This document shows, piece after piece, positions 38,931-53,345 of a stretch of DNA of 64,000 nucleotides (the stretch's first letter is position 1; every line of letters begins with the position of its first letter). Below the pieces are notes generated by a model. It was not told where the DNA came from and made no database searches. It was given only the letters and a program-made list of their open reading frames with translations. A program made the position numbers and the translations under genes. Source of the DNA: Eledone cirrhosa (Eukaryota); contig OZ024753.1 in assembly GCA_964016885.1 (NCBI GenBank), forward strand, positions 21,948,001-22,012,000. Direction: 5' to 3'.

Positions 38931-41900
38931 AGTGATGGAAGGTTTAACAACTGTGGCCAGTGATGGAAGGTTTAATAACTGTGGCCAGTGATGGAAGATT
39001 TAACAAATGTGGCCAGTGATGGAAGGTTTAATGAATGTGGCCTGTGATGGAAGGTTTAATAACTGTGGCCAGTGATGGAAGATTTAACAAATGTGGCCAG
39101 TGATGGAAGGTTTAATGAATGTGGCCTGTGATGGAAGGTTTAACAAATGTGGCCAGTGATGGAAGGTTTAACAAATGTGGCCAGTGATGGATGGTTTAAC
39201 AAATGTGGCCAGTGATGGAAGGTTTAATGAATGGGGTCAGTGATGGAAGGTTTAACAAATGTGGCTAGTGATGGAAGGTTTAACAAATGTGGCCAGTGAT
39301 GGAAGGTTTAACAAATGTGGCCAGTGATGGAAGGTTTAACAAATGTGACCAGTGATGGAAGGTTTAACAAATGTGGCCAGTGATGGAAGGTTTAAAAACT
39401 GTGGCCAGTGATGGAAGGTTTAATGAATGTGGCTAGTGATGGAAGGTTTAACAAATGTGATCAGTGATGGAAGGTTTAACAAATGTGGCCAGTGATGGAA
39501 GGTTTAACAAATGTGGCCAGTGATGGAAGTTTTAACAACTGTGGCCAGTGATGGAAGGTTTAACAAATGTGGACAGTGATGGAAGGTTTAACAACTGTGG
39601 CCAGTGATGGAAGGTTTAACAAATGTGGCCAGTGATGGAAGGTTTAATGAATGTGGCCAGTGATGGAAGGTTTAACAACTGTGGCCAGTGATGGACGGTT
39701 TAATGAATGTGGCCAGTGATGGAAGGTTTAACAAATGTGGCCAGTGATGGAAGGTTTAACAAATGTGGCCAGTGATGGAAGGTTTAACAAATGTGGCCAG
39801 TGATGGAAGGTTTAATGAATGTGGCCAGTGATGGAATGTTTAACAATTGTGAACAGTGATGGAAGGTTTAATGAATGTGGCCAGTGATGGAAGGTTTAAT
39901 GAATGTGGCCAGTGATGGAAGGTTTAAAAAATGTGGCCAATGATGGAAGGTTTAACAAATGTGGCCAGTGATGGAAGGTTTAATGAATGTGGCCAATGAT
40001 GGAAGGTTTAACAAATGTGGCCAGTGATGGAAGGTTGAATGAATGTGGCCAGTGATGGAAGGTTTAACAAATGTGGCCAGTGATGGAAGGTTTAACAAAT
40101 GTGGCCAGTGATGGAAGGTTTAAAAACTGTGGCCAGTGATGGAAGGTTTAATGAATGTGGCCAGTGATGGAAGGTTTAACAAATGTGGCCAGTGGTGGAA
40201 GGTTTAACAAATCTGGCCAGTGATGGAAGGTTTAACAAATGTGGCCAGTGATGGAAGGTTTAACAAATGTGGCCAGTGATGGAAGGTTTAACAACTGTGG
40301 CCAGTGATGGAAGGTTTAAAAACTGTGGCCAGTGATGGAAGGTTTAATGAATGTGGCCAGTGATGGAAGGTTTAACAAATGTGGCCAGTGATGGAAGGTT
40401 TAACAAATGTGGCCAGTGATGGAAGGTTTAAAAACTGTGGCCAGTGATGGAAGGTTTAACAAATGTGGCCAGTGGTGGAAGGTTTAACAAATCTGGCCAG
40501 TGATGGAAGGTTTAACAAATGTGGCCAGTGATGGAAGGTTTAACAAATGTGGCCAGTGATGGAAGGTTTAACAACTGTGGCCAGTGATGGAAGGTTTAAC
40601 AACTGTGGCCAGTGATGGAAGGATGAACTAATGTGGCCAGTGATAGAAGGTTTAACAACTGTGGCCAGTGATGGAGGGTTTAACAAATGTGGCCAGTTAT
40701 GTAAGGTTTAACAAATGTGGCCAGTGATGGAAGGTTTAACAACTGTGGCCAGTGATGGAAGGTTTAATGAATGTGGCCAGTGAAGGAAGGTTTATCAACT
40801 GTGGCCAGTGATGGAAGGTTTAACAAATGTGGCCAGTTATGGAAGGTTTAACAACTGTGGCCAGTGATGGAAGGTTTAAAAACTGTGGCCAGTGATGGAA
40901 GGATGAACTAATGTGGCCAGTGATAGAAGGTTTAACAACTGTGGCCAGTGATGGAAGGTTTAACAAATGTGGCCAGTGATGGAAGGTTTAACAACTGTGG
41001 CCAGTGGTGGAAGGTTTATCAACTGTGGCCAGTGATGGAAGGTTTAACAACTGTGGCCAGTGATGGAAGGTTTAACAAATGTGGTCAGTTGATGGAAGGT
41101 TTAACAAATGTGGCCAGTGGTGGAAGGTGTAACAAATGTGGACAGTGATGGAAGGTTTCATGAATGGGGTCAGTTATGGAAGGTTTAATGAATGTGGCCA
41201 GTGATGGAAGGTTTAATGAATGGGGTCAGTGATGGAAGGTTTACTGAATGTGGCCAGTTGTGGAAGGTTTAAAAAATGTGGCCAGTGATGGAAGGTTTAA
41301 CAAATGTGGCCAGTGATGGAAGGTTTAACAAATGTGGCCAGTGATGGAAGGTTTAACAAATGTGGCCAGTGATGGAAGGTTTAACAAATGTGGCCAGTGA
41401 TGGAAGGTTTAACAACTGTGGCCAGTGATGGAAGGTTTAACAACTGTGGCCAGTGGTGGAAGGTTTAATGAATGTGGCCAGTGATGGAAGGTTTCATGAA
41501 TGGGGTCAGTGATGGAAGGTTTAATGAATGTGGCCAGTGATGGAAGGTTTAACAAATGTGGCCAGTGATGGAAGGTTTAACAAATGTGATCAGTGATGGA
41601 AGGTTTAACAAATGTGGCCAGTGGTGGAACATATGATGAATGTGGCCAGTGATGGAAGGTTTAATGAATGTGGCCAGTGATGGAAGGTTTAATGTATGTG
41701 GCCAGTGATGGAAGGTTTAACAAATGTGGCCAGTGATGGAAGGTTTAATGAATGTGGCCAGTGATGGAAGGTTTAACAACTGTGGCCAGTGGTGGAACAT
41801 ATGATGAATGTGGCCAGTGATGGAAGGTTTAATGAATGTGGCCAGTGATGGAAGGTTTAACATAAGTGGCCAGTGATGGAAGGTTTAATGAATGTGGCCA

Positions 41901-42144
41901 GTGATGGAAGGTTTAACAAATGTGGCCAGTGATGGAAGGTTTAACAAATGTGGCCAGTGATGGAAGATTTAACAAATGTGGCCAGTGATGGAAGGTTTAA
42001 TGAATGTGGCCAGTGATGGAAGGTTTAACAAATGTGGCCAGTGATGGAAGGTTTAACAAATGTGGCCAGTGATGGAAGGTTTAACAAATGTGGCCAGTGA
42101 TGGAAGGTTTCACAAATGTGGCCAGTGATGGAAGGTTTAACAAC

Positions 42145-45100
42145 TGTGGCCAGTCATGGAAGGTTTAACAAATGTGGCCAGTGATGGAAGTTTTAACAAA
42201 TGTGGCCAGTGATGGAAGGTTTAATAACTGTGGCCAGTGATGGAAGATTTAACAAATGTGGCCGGTGGTGGAAGGTTTAACAAATGTGGCCAGTGATGGA
42301 AGGTTTAATGAATGGGGTCAGTGATGGAAGGTTTAACAAATGTGGCCAGTGATGGAAGGTTTAACAAATGTGGCCGGTGGTGGAAGGTTTAACAAATGTG
42401 GCCAGTGATGGAAGGTTTAATGAATGGGGTCAGTGATGGAAGGTTTAACAAATGTGGCCAGTGATGGAAGGTTTAACATATGTGGCCAGTAATGGAAGGT
42501 TTAATGTATGTGGCCAGTGATGGAAGGTTTAACAAATGTGGCCAGTGATGGAAGGTTTAATGAATGTGGCCAGTGATGGAAGGTTTAACAAATGTGGCCA
42601 GTGATGGAAGGTTTAACAAATGTGGCCAGTGATGGAAGATTTAACAAATGAGGCCAGTGATGGAAGGTTTAACAAATGTGGCCAGTGATGGAAGGTTTAA
42701 TAACTGTGGCCAGTGATGGAAGATTTAACAAATGTGGCCAGTGATGGAAGGTTTAATGAATGTGGCCAGTGATGGAAGGTTTAACAAATGTGGCCAGTGA
42801 TGGAAGGTTTAACAAATGTGGCCAGTGATGGAAGGTTTAACAAATGTGGCCAGGGATGGAAGGTTTAACAAATGTGGCCAGTGATGGAAGGTTTAACAAA
42901 TGTGGCCAGTGATGGAAGGTTTAACAAATGTGGCCAGTGATGGATGGTTTAACAAATGTGGCCAGTGATGGAAGGTTTAATGAATGGGGTCAGTGATGGA
43001 AGGTTTAACAAATGTGGCCAGTGATGGAAGGTTTAACAAATGTGGCCAGTGATGGAAGGTTTAACAAATGTGGCCAGTGATGGATGGTTTAACAAATGTG
43101 GCCAGTGATGGAAGGTTTAATGAATGGGGTCAGTGATGGAAGGTTTAACAAATGTGGCCAGTGATGGAAGGTTTAACAAATGTGGCCAGTGATGGAAGGT
43201 TTAATGAATGTGGCCAGTGATGGAAGGTTTAACAAATGTGGCCAGTGATGGAAGGTTTAACAAATGTGGCCAGTGATGGAAGGTTTAACAAATGTGGCCA
43301 GTGATGGAAGGTTTAACAAATGTGGCCAGTGATGGAAGGTTTAACAAATGTGGCCAGTGATGGATGGTTTAACAAATGTGGCCAGTGATGGAAGGTTTAA
43401 TGAATGGGGTCAGTGATGGAAGGTTTAACAAATGTGGCCAGTGATGGAAGGTTTAACAAATGTGGCCAGTGATGGAAGGTTTAACAAATGTGGCCAGTGA
43501 TGGAAGGTTTAACAAATGTGGCCAGTGATGGATGGTTTAACAAATGTGGCCAGTGATGGAAGGTTTAATGAATGGGGTCAGTGATGGAAGGTTTAACAAA
43601 TGTGGCCAGTGATGGAAGGTTTAACAAATGTGGCCAGTGATGGAAGGTTTAACAAATGTGGCCAGTGATGGATGGTTTAACAAATGTGGCCAGTGATGGA
43701 AGGTTTAATGAATGGGGTCAGTGATGGAAGGTTTAACAAATGTGGCCAGTGATGGAAGGTTTAACAAATGTGGCCAGTGATGGAAGGTTTAATGAATGTG
43801 GCCAGTGATGGAAGGTTTAACAAATGTGGCCAGTGATGGAAGGTTTAACAAATGTGGCCAGTGATGGAAGGTTTAACAAATGTGGCCAGTGATGGAAGGT
43901 TTAACAAATGTGGCCAGTGATGGAAGGTTTAACAAATGTGGCCAGTGATGGATGGTTTAACAAATGTGGCCAGTGATGGAAGGTTTAATGAATGGGGTCA
44001 GTGATGGAAGGTTTAACAAATGTGGCTAGTGATGGAAGGTTTAAAAAATGTGGCCAGTGATGGAAGGTTTAACAAATGTGGCCAGTGATGGAAGGTTTAA
44101 CAAATGTAACCAGTGATGGAAGGTTTAACAAATGTCGCCAGTGATGGAGGGTTTCACAAATGTGGCCAGTGATGGAAGGTTTAACAACTGTGGCCAGTCA
44201 TGGAAGGTTTAACAAATGTGGCCAGTGATGGAAGTTTTAACAAATGTGGCCAGTGCTGGAAGGTTTAATAACTGTGGCCAGTGATGGAAGATTTAACAAA
44301 TGTGGCCAGTGATGGAAGGTTTAACAACTGTGGCCAGTGATGGAAGGTTTAATGAATGTGGCTAGTGATGGAAGGTTTAACAAATGTGATCAGTGATGGA
44401 AGGTTTAACAAATGTGGCCAGTGATGGAAGTTTTAACAACTGTGGCCAGTGATGGATGGTTTAACAACTGTGGCCAGTGATGGACGGTTTAATGAATGTG
44501 GCCAGTGATGGAAGGTTTAACAACTGTGGCCAGTGATGGACGGTTTAATGAATGTGGCCAGTGATGGAAGGTTTAACAAATGTGGCCAGTGATGGAAGGT
44601 TTAACAAATGTGGCCAGTGATGGAAGGTTTAACAAATGTGGCCAGTGATGGAAGGTTTAATGAATGTGGCCAGTGATGGAATGTTTAACAATTGTTAACA
44701 GTGATGGAAGTTTTAATGAATGTGGCCAGTGATGGAAGGTTTAACAACTGTGGCCAGTGATGGACGGTTTAATGAATGTGGCCAGTGATGGAAGGTTTAA
44801 CAAATGTGGCCAGTGATGGAAGGTTTAACAAATGTGGCCAGTGATGGAAGGTTTAACAAATGTGGCCAGTGATGGAAGGTTTAATGAATGTGGCCAGTGA
44901 TGGAATGTTTAACAATTGTTAACAGTGATGGAAGGTTTAATGAATGTGGCCAGTGATGGAAGGTTTAAAAAATATGGCCAATGATGGAAGGTTTAACAAA
45001 TGTGGCCAGTGATGGAAGGTTTAATGAATGTGGCCAATGATGGAAGGTTTAACAAATGTGGCCAGTGATGGAAGGTTGAATGAATGTGGCCAGTGATGGA

Positions 45101-47352
45101 AGGTTTAACAAATGTGGCCAGTGATGGAAGGTTTAACAAATGTGGCCAGTGATGGAAGGTTTAACAACTGTGGCCAGTGATGGAAGGTTTAATGAATGTG
45201 GCCAGTGATAGAAGGTTTAACAAATGTGGCCAGTGGTGGAAGGTTTAACAAATGTGGCCAGTGATGGAAGGTTTAACAAACGTAGCCAGTGATGGAACAT
45301 ATGATGAATGTGGCCAGTGATGGACGGTTTAACAAATGTGGCCAGTGATGGAAGGTTTAACAAATGTGGCCAGTGATGGAAGGTTTAACAAATGTGGCCA
45401 GTGATGGAAGGTTTAACAACTGTGGCCAGTGATGGAAGGTTTAACAACTGTGGCCAGTGATAGAAGGTTTAATAAATGTGGCCAGTGATGGAAGGATGAA
45501 CTAATGTGGCCAGTGATGGAAGGTTTAACAACTGTGGCCAGTGATGGAGGGTTTAACAAATGTGGCCAGTTATGTAAGGTTTAACAAATGTGCCCAGTGA
45601 TGGAAGGTTTAACAATGTGGCCAGTGATGGAAGGTTTAATGAATGTGGCCAGTGATGGAAGGTTTAACAAATGTGGCCAGTGGTGGAAGGTTTAACAACT
45701 GTGGCCAGTGATGGAAGGTTTAACAACTGTGGCCAGTGATGGAAGGTTTAACAAATGTGGTCAGTTGATGGAAGGTTTAACAAATGTGGCCAGTGATGGA
45801 AGGTTTACTGAATGTGGCCAGTTGTGGAAGGTTTAAAAAATGTGGCCAGTGATGGAAGGTTTAACAAATGTGGCCAGTGATGGAAGGTTTAACAAATGTG
45901 GCCAGTGAGGGAAGGTTTAATGAATGTGGCCAGTGACGGATGGTTTAACAAATGTGGCCGGTGGTGGAAGGTTTAACAAATGTGGCCAGTGATGGAAGGT
46001 TTAACAAATGTTGCCAGTGGTGGAAGGTGTAACAAATGTGGACAGTGATGGAAGGTTTCATGAATGGGATCAGTGATGGAAGGTTTAACAACTGTGGCCA
46101 ATGGTGGAACATCTGATGAATGTGGCCAGTGATGGAAGGTTTAATGAATGTGGCCAGTGATGGAAGTTTTAACAAATGTGGCCAGTCATGGAAGGTTTAA
46201 CAAATGTGGCCAGTGATGGAAGTTTTAACAAATGTGGCCAGTGATGGAAGGTTTAATAAATGTGCCCAGTGATGGAAGGTTTAACAAATGTGGCCAGTGG
46301 TGGAAGGTTTAACAAATGTAGCCAGTGATGGAAGGTTTAACAAATGTGGCCAGTGGTGGAAGGTTTAACAAATGTGGCCAGTGAGGGAAGGTTTAACAAA
46401 TGTGGCCAGTGATGGAAGTTTTAACAAATGTGGCCAGTGATGGAAGGTTTAACAAATGTGGCCAGTGATGGAAGGTTTAATGAATGGGGTCAGTGATGGA
46501 AGGTTTAACAAATGTGGCCAGTGATGGAAGGTTTAACAAATGTGGCCAGTGAGGGAAGGTTTAACAAATGTGGCCAGTGATGGAAGTTTTAACAAATGTG
46601 GCCAGTGATGGAAGGTTTAACAAATGTGGCCAGTGGTGGAAGGTTTAATGAATGTGGCCAGTGATGGAAGGTTTAACAAATGTGGCCAGTGGTGGAAGGT
46701 GTAACAGATGTGGACAGTGATGGAAGGTTTAACAAATGTGGCCAGTGGTGGAAGGTGTAACAAATGTGGCCTGTGATGGAAGGTTTAATGAATGGGGTCA
46801 GTGATGTAATGTTTAAAAAATGTGGCTAGTGATGGAAGGTTTAACAAATGTGGCCAGTGGTGGAAGGTTTAATAAATGTGGCCAGTGATGGAAGGTTTAA
46901 CAAATGTGGCCAGTGATGGAAGGTTTAATAACTGTGGCCAGTGATGGAAGGTTTAACAAATGTGGTCAGTGACGGAAGGATTAACAAATGTGGCCAGTGA
47001 GGGAAGGTTTAATGAATGTGGCCAGTGACGGATGGTTTAACAAATGTGGCCGGTGGTGGAAGGTTTAACAAATGTGGCCAGTGATGGAAGGTTTAATGAA
47101 TGGGGTCAGTGATGGAAGGTTTAACAAATGTGGCCAGTGATGGAAGGTTTAACAAATGTGGCCAGTGATGGAAGGTTTAACAAATGTGGCCAGTGATGGA
47201 AGGTTTAACAAATGTGGCCAGTGATGGAAGGTTTAATGAATGGGGTCAGTGATGGAAGGTTTAACAAATGTGGCTAGTGATGGAAGGTTTAACAAATGTG
47301 GCCAGTGATGGAAGGTTTAACAAATGTGGCCAGTGATGGAAGGTTTAACAAA
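42145..47352 (+). repeat. 5,208-bp (186-monomer) tandem duplication, copy A
   Basis: CAGTCATGG at 42151/47359 and identical ORFs at 45945/51153. 5,208 = 186 x 28 exactly, because one 27-bp and one 29-bp monomer cancel. Confidence 0.95.
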
Positions 47353-50300
47353 TGTGGCCAGTCATGGAAGGTTTAACAAATGTGGCCAGTGATGGAAGTT
47401 TTAACAAATGTGGCCAGTGATGGAAGGTTTAATAACTGTGGCCAGTGATGGAAGATTTAACAAATGTGGCCGGTGGTGGAAGGTTTAACAAATGTGGCCA
47501 GTGATGGAAGGTTTAATGAATGGGGTCAGTGATGGAAGGTTTAACAAATGTGGCCAGTGATGGAAGGTTTAACAAATGTGGCCGGTGGTGGAAGGTTTAA
47601 CAAATGTGGCCAGTGATGGAAGGTTTAATGAATGGGGTCAGTGATGGAAGGTTTAACAAATGTGGCCAGTGATGGAAGGTTTAACATATGTGGCCAGTAA
47701 TGGAAGGTTTAATGTATGTGGCCAGTGATGGAAGGTTTAACAAATGTGGCCAGTGATGGAAGGTTTAATGAATGTGGCCAGTGATGGAAGGTTTAACAAA
47801 TGTGGCCAGTGATGGAAGGTTTAACAAATGTGGCCAGTGATGGAAGATTTAACAAATGAGGCCAGTGATGGAAGGTTTAACAAATGTGGCCAGTGATGGA
47901 AGGTTTAATAACTGTGGCCAGTGATGGAAGATTTAACAAATGTGGCCAGTGATGGAAGGTTTAATGAATGTGGCCAGTGATGGAAGGTTTAACAAATGTG
48001 GCCAGTGATGGAAGGTTTAACAAATGTGGCCAGTGATGGAAGGTTTAACAAATGTGGCCAGTGATGGAAGGTTTAACAAATGTGGCCAGTGATGGAAGGT
48101 TTAACAAATGTGGCCAGTGATGGAAGGTTTAACAAATGTGGCCAGTGATGGATGGTTTAACAAATGTGGCCAGTGATGGAAGGTTTAATGAATGGGGTCA
48201 GTGATGGAAGGTTTAACAAATGTGGCCAGTGATGGAAGGTTTAACAAATGTGGCCAGTGATGGAAGGTTTAACAAATGTGGCCAGTGATGGATGGTTTAA
48301 CAAATGTGGCCAGTGATGGAAGGTTTAATGAATGGGGTCAGTGATGGAAGGTTTAACAAATGTGGCCAGTGATGGAAGGTTTAACAAATGTGGCCAGTGA
48401 TGGAAGGTTTAATGAATGTGGCCAGTGATGGAAGGTTTAACAAATGTGGCCAGTGATGGAAGGTTTAACAAATGTGGCCAGTGATGGAAGGTTTAACAAA
48501 TGTGGCCAGTGATGGAAGGTTTAACAAATGTGGCCAGTGATGGAAGGTTTAACAAATGTGGCCAGTGATGGATGGTTTAACAAATGTGGCCAGTGATGGA
48601 AGGTTTAATGAATGGGGTCAGTGATGGAAGGTTTAACAAATGTGGCCAGTGATGGAAGGTTTAACAAATGTGGCCAGTGATGGAAGGTTTAACAAATGTG
48701 GCCAGTGATGGAAGGTTTAACAAATGTGGCCAGTGATGGATGGTTTAACAAATGTGGCCAGTGATGGAAGGTTTAATGAATGGGGTCAGTGATGGAAGGT
48801 TTAACAAATGTGGCCAGTGATGGAAGGTTTAACAAATGTGGCCAGTGATGGAAGGTTTAACAAATGTGGCCAGTGATGGATGGTTTAACAAATGTGGCCA
48901 GTGATGGAAGGTTTAATGAATGGGGTCAGTGATGGAAGGTTTAACAAATGTGGCCAGTGATGGAAGGTTTAACAAATGTGGCCAGTGATGGAAGGTTTAA
49001 TGAATGTGGCCAGTGATGGAAGGTTTAACAAATGTGGCCAGTGATGGAAGGTTTAACAAATGTGGCCAGTGATGGAAGGTTTAACAAATGTGGCCAGTGA
49101 TGGAAGGTTTAACAAATGTGGCCAGTGATGGAAGGTTTAACAAATGTGGCCAGTGATGGATGGTTTAACAAATGTGGCCAGTGATGGAAGGTTTAATGAA
49201 TGGGGTCAGTGATGGAAGGTTTAACAAATGTGGCTAGTGATGGAAGGTTTAAAAAATGTGGCCAGTGATGGAAGGTTTAACAAATGTGGCCAGTGATGGA
49301 AGGTTTAACAAATGTAACCAGTGATGGAAGGTTTAACAAATGTCGCCAGTGATGGAGGGTTTCACAAATGTGGCCAGTGATGGAAGGTTTAACAACTGTG
49401 GCCAGTCATGGAAGGTTTAACAAATGTGGCCAGTGATGGAAGTTTTAACAAATGTGGCCAGTGCTGGAAGGTTTAATAACTGTGGCCAGTGATGGAAGAT
49501 TTAACAAATGTGGCCAGTGATGGAAGGTTTAACAACTGTGGCCAGTGATGGAAGGTTTAATGAATGTGGCTAGTGATGGAAGGTTTAACAAATGTGATCA
49601 GTGATGGAAGGTTTAACAAATGTGGCCAGTGATGGAAGTTTTAACAACTGTGGCCAGTGATGGATGGTTTAACAACTGTGGCCAGTGATGGACGGTTTAA
49701 TGAATGTGGCCAGTGATGGAAGGTTTAACAACTGTGGCCAGTGATGGACGGTTTAATGAATGTGGCCAGTGATGGAAGGTTTAACAAATGTGGCCAGTGA
49801 TGGAAGGTTTAACAAATGTGGCCAGTGATGGAAGGTTTAACAAATGTGGCCAGTGATGGAAGGTTTAATGAATGTGGCCAGTGATGGAATGTTTAACAAT
49901 TGTTAACAGTGATGGAAGTTTTAATGAATGTGGCCAGTGATGGAAGGTTTAACAACTGTGGCCAGTGATGGACGGTTTAATGAATGTGGCCAGTGATGGA
50001 AGGTTTAACAAATGTGGCCAGTGATGGAAGGTTTAACAAATGTGGCCAGTGATGGAAGGTTTAACAAATGTGGCCAGTGATGGAAGGTTTAATGAATGTG
50101 GCCAGTGATGGAATGTTTAACAATTGTTAACAGTGATGGAAGGTTTAATGAATGTGGCCAGTGATGGAAGGTTTAAAAAATATGGCCAATGATGGAAGGT
50201 TTAACAAATGTGGCCAGTGATGGAAGGTTTAATGAATGTGGCCAATGATGGAAGGTTTAACAAATGTGGCCAGTGATGGAAGGTTGAATGAATGTGGCCA

Positions 50301-52560
50301 GTGATGGAAGGTTTAACAAATGTGGCCAGTGATGGAAGGTTTAACAAATGTGGCCAGTGATGGAAGGTTTAACAACTGTGGCCAGTGATGGAAGGTTTAA
50401 TGAATGTGGCCAGTGATAGAAGGTTTAACAAATGTGGCCAGTGGTGGAAGGTTTAACAAATGTGGCCAGTGATGGAAGGTTTAACAAACGTAGCCAGTGA
50501 TGGAACATATGATGAATGTGGCCAGTGATGGACGGTTTAACAAATGTGGCCAGTGATGGAAGGTTTAACAAATGTGGCCAGTGATGGAAGGTTTAACAAA
50601 TGTGGCCAGTGATGGAAGGTTTAACAACTGTGGCCAGTGATGGAAGGTTTAACAACTGTGGCCAGTGATAGAAGGTTTAATAAATGTGGCCAGTGATGGA
50701 AGGATGAACTAATGTGGCCAGTGATGGAAGGTTTAACAACTGTGGCCAGTGATGGAGGGTTTAACAAATGTGGCCAGTTATGTAAGGTTTAACAAATGTG
50801 CCCAGTGATGGAAGGTTTAACAATGTGGCCAGTGATGGAAGGTTTAATGAATGTGGCCAGTGATGGAAGGTTTAACAAATGTGGCCAGTGGTGGAAGGTT
50901 TAACAACTGTGGCCAGTGATGGAAGGTTTAACAACTGTGGCCAGTGATGGAAGGTTTAACAAATGTGGTCAGTTGATGGAAGGTTTAACAAATGTGGCCA
51001 GTGATGGAAGGTTTACTGAATGTGGCCAGTTGTGGAAGGTTTAAAAAATGTGGCCAGTGATGGAAGGTTTAACAAATGTGGCCAGTGATGGAAGGTTTAA
51101 CAAATGTGGCCAGTGAGGGAAGGTTTAATGAATGTGGCCAGTGACGGATGGTTTAACAAATGTGGCCGGTGGTGGAAGGTTTAACAAATGTGGCCAGTGA
51201 TGGAAGGTTTAACAAATGTTGCCAGTGGTGGAAGGTGTAACAAATGTGGACAGTGATGGAAGGTTTCATGAATGGGATCAGTGATGGAAGGTTTAACAAC
51301 TGTGGCCAATGGTGGAACATCTGATGAATGTGGCCAGTGATGGAAGGTTTAATGAATGTGGCCAGTGATGGAAGTTTTAACAAATGTGGCCAGTCATGGA
51401 AGGTTTAACAAATGTGGCCAGTGATGGAAGTTTTAACAAATGTGGCCAGTGATGGAAGGTTTAATAAATGTGCCCAGTGATGGAAGGTTTAACAAATGTG
51501 GCCAGTGGTGGAAGGTTTAACAAATGTAGCCAGTGATGGAAGGTTTAACAAATGTGGCCAGTGGTGGAAGGTTTAACAAATGTGGCCAGTGAGGGAAGGT
51601 TTAACAAATGTGGCCAGTGATGGAAGTTTTAACAAATGTGGCCAGTGATGGAAGGTTTAACAAATGTGGCCAGTGATGGAAGGTTTAATGAATGGGGTCA
51701 GTGATGGAAGGTTTAACAAATGTGGCCAGTGATGGAAGGTTTAACAAATGTGGCCAGTGAGGGAAGGTTTAACAAATGTGGCCAGTGATGGAAGTTTTAA
51801 CAAATGTGGCCAGTGATGGAAGGTTTAACAAATGTGGCCAGTGGTGGAAGGTTTAATGAATGTGGCCAGTGATGGAAGGTTTAACAAATGTGGCCAGTGG
51901 TGGAAGGTGTAACAGATGTGGACAGTGATGGAAGGTTTAACAAATGTGGCCAGTGGTGGAAGGTGTAACAAATGTGGCCTGTGATGGAAGGTTTAATGAA
52001 TGGGGTCAGTGATGTAATGTTTAAAAAATGTGGCTAGTGATGGAAGGTTTAACAAATGTGGCCAGTGGTGGAAGGTTTAATAAATGTGGCCAGTGATGGA
52101 AGGTTTAACAAATGTGGCCAGTGATGGAAGGTTTAATAACTGTGGCCAGTGATGGAAGGTTTAACAAATGTGGTCAGTGACGGAAGGATTAACAAATGTG
52201 GCCAGTGAGGGAAGGTTTAATGAATGTGGCCAGTGACGGATGGTTTAACAAATGTGGCCGGTGGTGGAAGGTTTAACAAATGTGGCCAGTGATGGAAGGT
52301 TTAATGAATGGGGTCAGTGATGGAAGGTTTAACAAATGTGGCCAGTGATGGAAGGTTTAACAAATGTGGCCAGTGATGGAAGGTTTAACAAATGTGGCCA
52401 GTGATGGAAGGTTTAACAAATGTGGCCAGTGATGGAAGGTTTAATGAATGGGGTCAGTGATGGAAGGTTTAACAAATGTGGCTAGTGATGGAAGGTTTAA
52501 CAAATGTGGCCAGTGATGGAAGGTTTAACAAATGTGGCCAGTGATGGAAGGTTTAACAAA
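47353..52560 (+). repeat. 5,208-bp tandem duplication, copy B
   Basis: Directly abuts copy A. The only difference I spotted is CAGGGAT (42851) versus CAGTGAT (48059). Confidence 0.95.
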
Positions 52561-53345
52561 TGTGACCAGTGATGGAAGGTTTAACAAATGTGGCCAGTGA
52601 TGGAAGATTTAACAAATGTGGCCAGTGATGGAAGGTTTAACAAATGTGGCCAGTGATGGAAGATTTAACAAATGTGGCCAGTGATGGAAGGTTTAACAAA
52701 TGTGACCAGTGATGGAAGGTTTAACAAATGTGGCCAGTGATGGAAGGTTTAACAAATGTGGCCAGTGATGGAAGGTTTAACAAATGTAGCCAGTGATGGA
52801 AGGTTTAACAAATGTAGCCAGTGGTGGAAGGTTTAACAAATATGGCCACTGATGGAAGTTTTAATGAATGGGGTCAGTGATGGAAGGTTTAACAAATGTG
52901 GCCAGTGATGGAAGGTTTAACAAATGTGGCCAGTGATGGAAGGTTTAACAAATGTGGCCAGTGATGGAAGCTTTAACAAATGTGACCAGTGATGGAAGGT
53001 TTAACAAATGTGGCCAGTGATGGAAGGTTTAACAAATGTGGCCAGTGATGGAAGATTTAACAAATGTGGCCAGTGATGGAAGGTTTAACAAATGTGACCA
53101 GTGATGGAAGGTTTAACAAATGTGGCCAGTGATGGAAGGTTTAACAAATGTGGCCAGTGATGGAAGGTTTAACAAATGTAGCCAGTGATGGAAGGTTTAA
53201 CAAATGTAGCCAGTGGTGGAAGGTTTAACAAATATGGCCACTGATGGAAGTTTTAATGAATGGGGTCAGTGATGGAAGGTTTAACAAATGTGGCCAGTGA
53301 TGGAAGGTTTAACAAATGTGGCCAGTGATGGAAGGTTTAACAAAT
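52561..53345 (+). repeat. 392-bp (14-monomer) local tandem duplication
   Basis: The private variant TATGGCCACTGATGGAAGTTTT occurs at 52841 and 53233, each preceded by two TGTAGCC monomers. Confidence 0.85.

Noticed and set aside
40948-41148. 66-aa plus-strand ORF with CGQ motifs
   Set aside because: It is open only because of TGA>TGG and TAA>TAT variants and a 29-bp monomer. It has no complete zinc finger or other domain and no gene context.
45945-46175. 76-aa minus-strand ORF (copy at 51153-51383)
   Set aside because: Chance loss of stops in variant monomers, duplicated with the 5,208-bp block.
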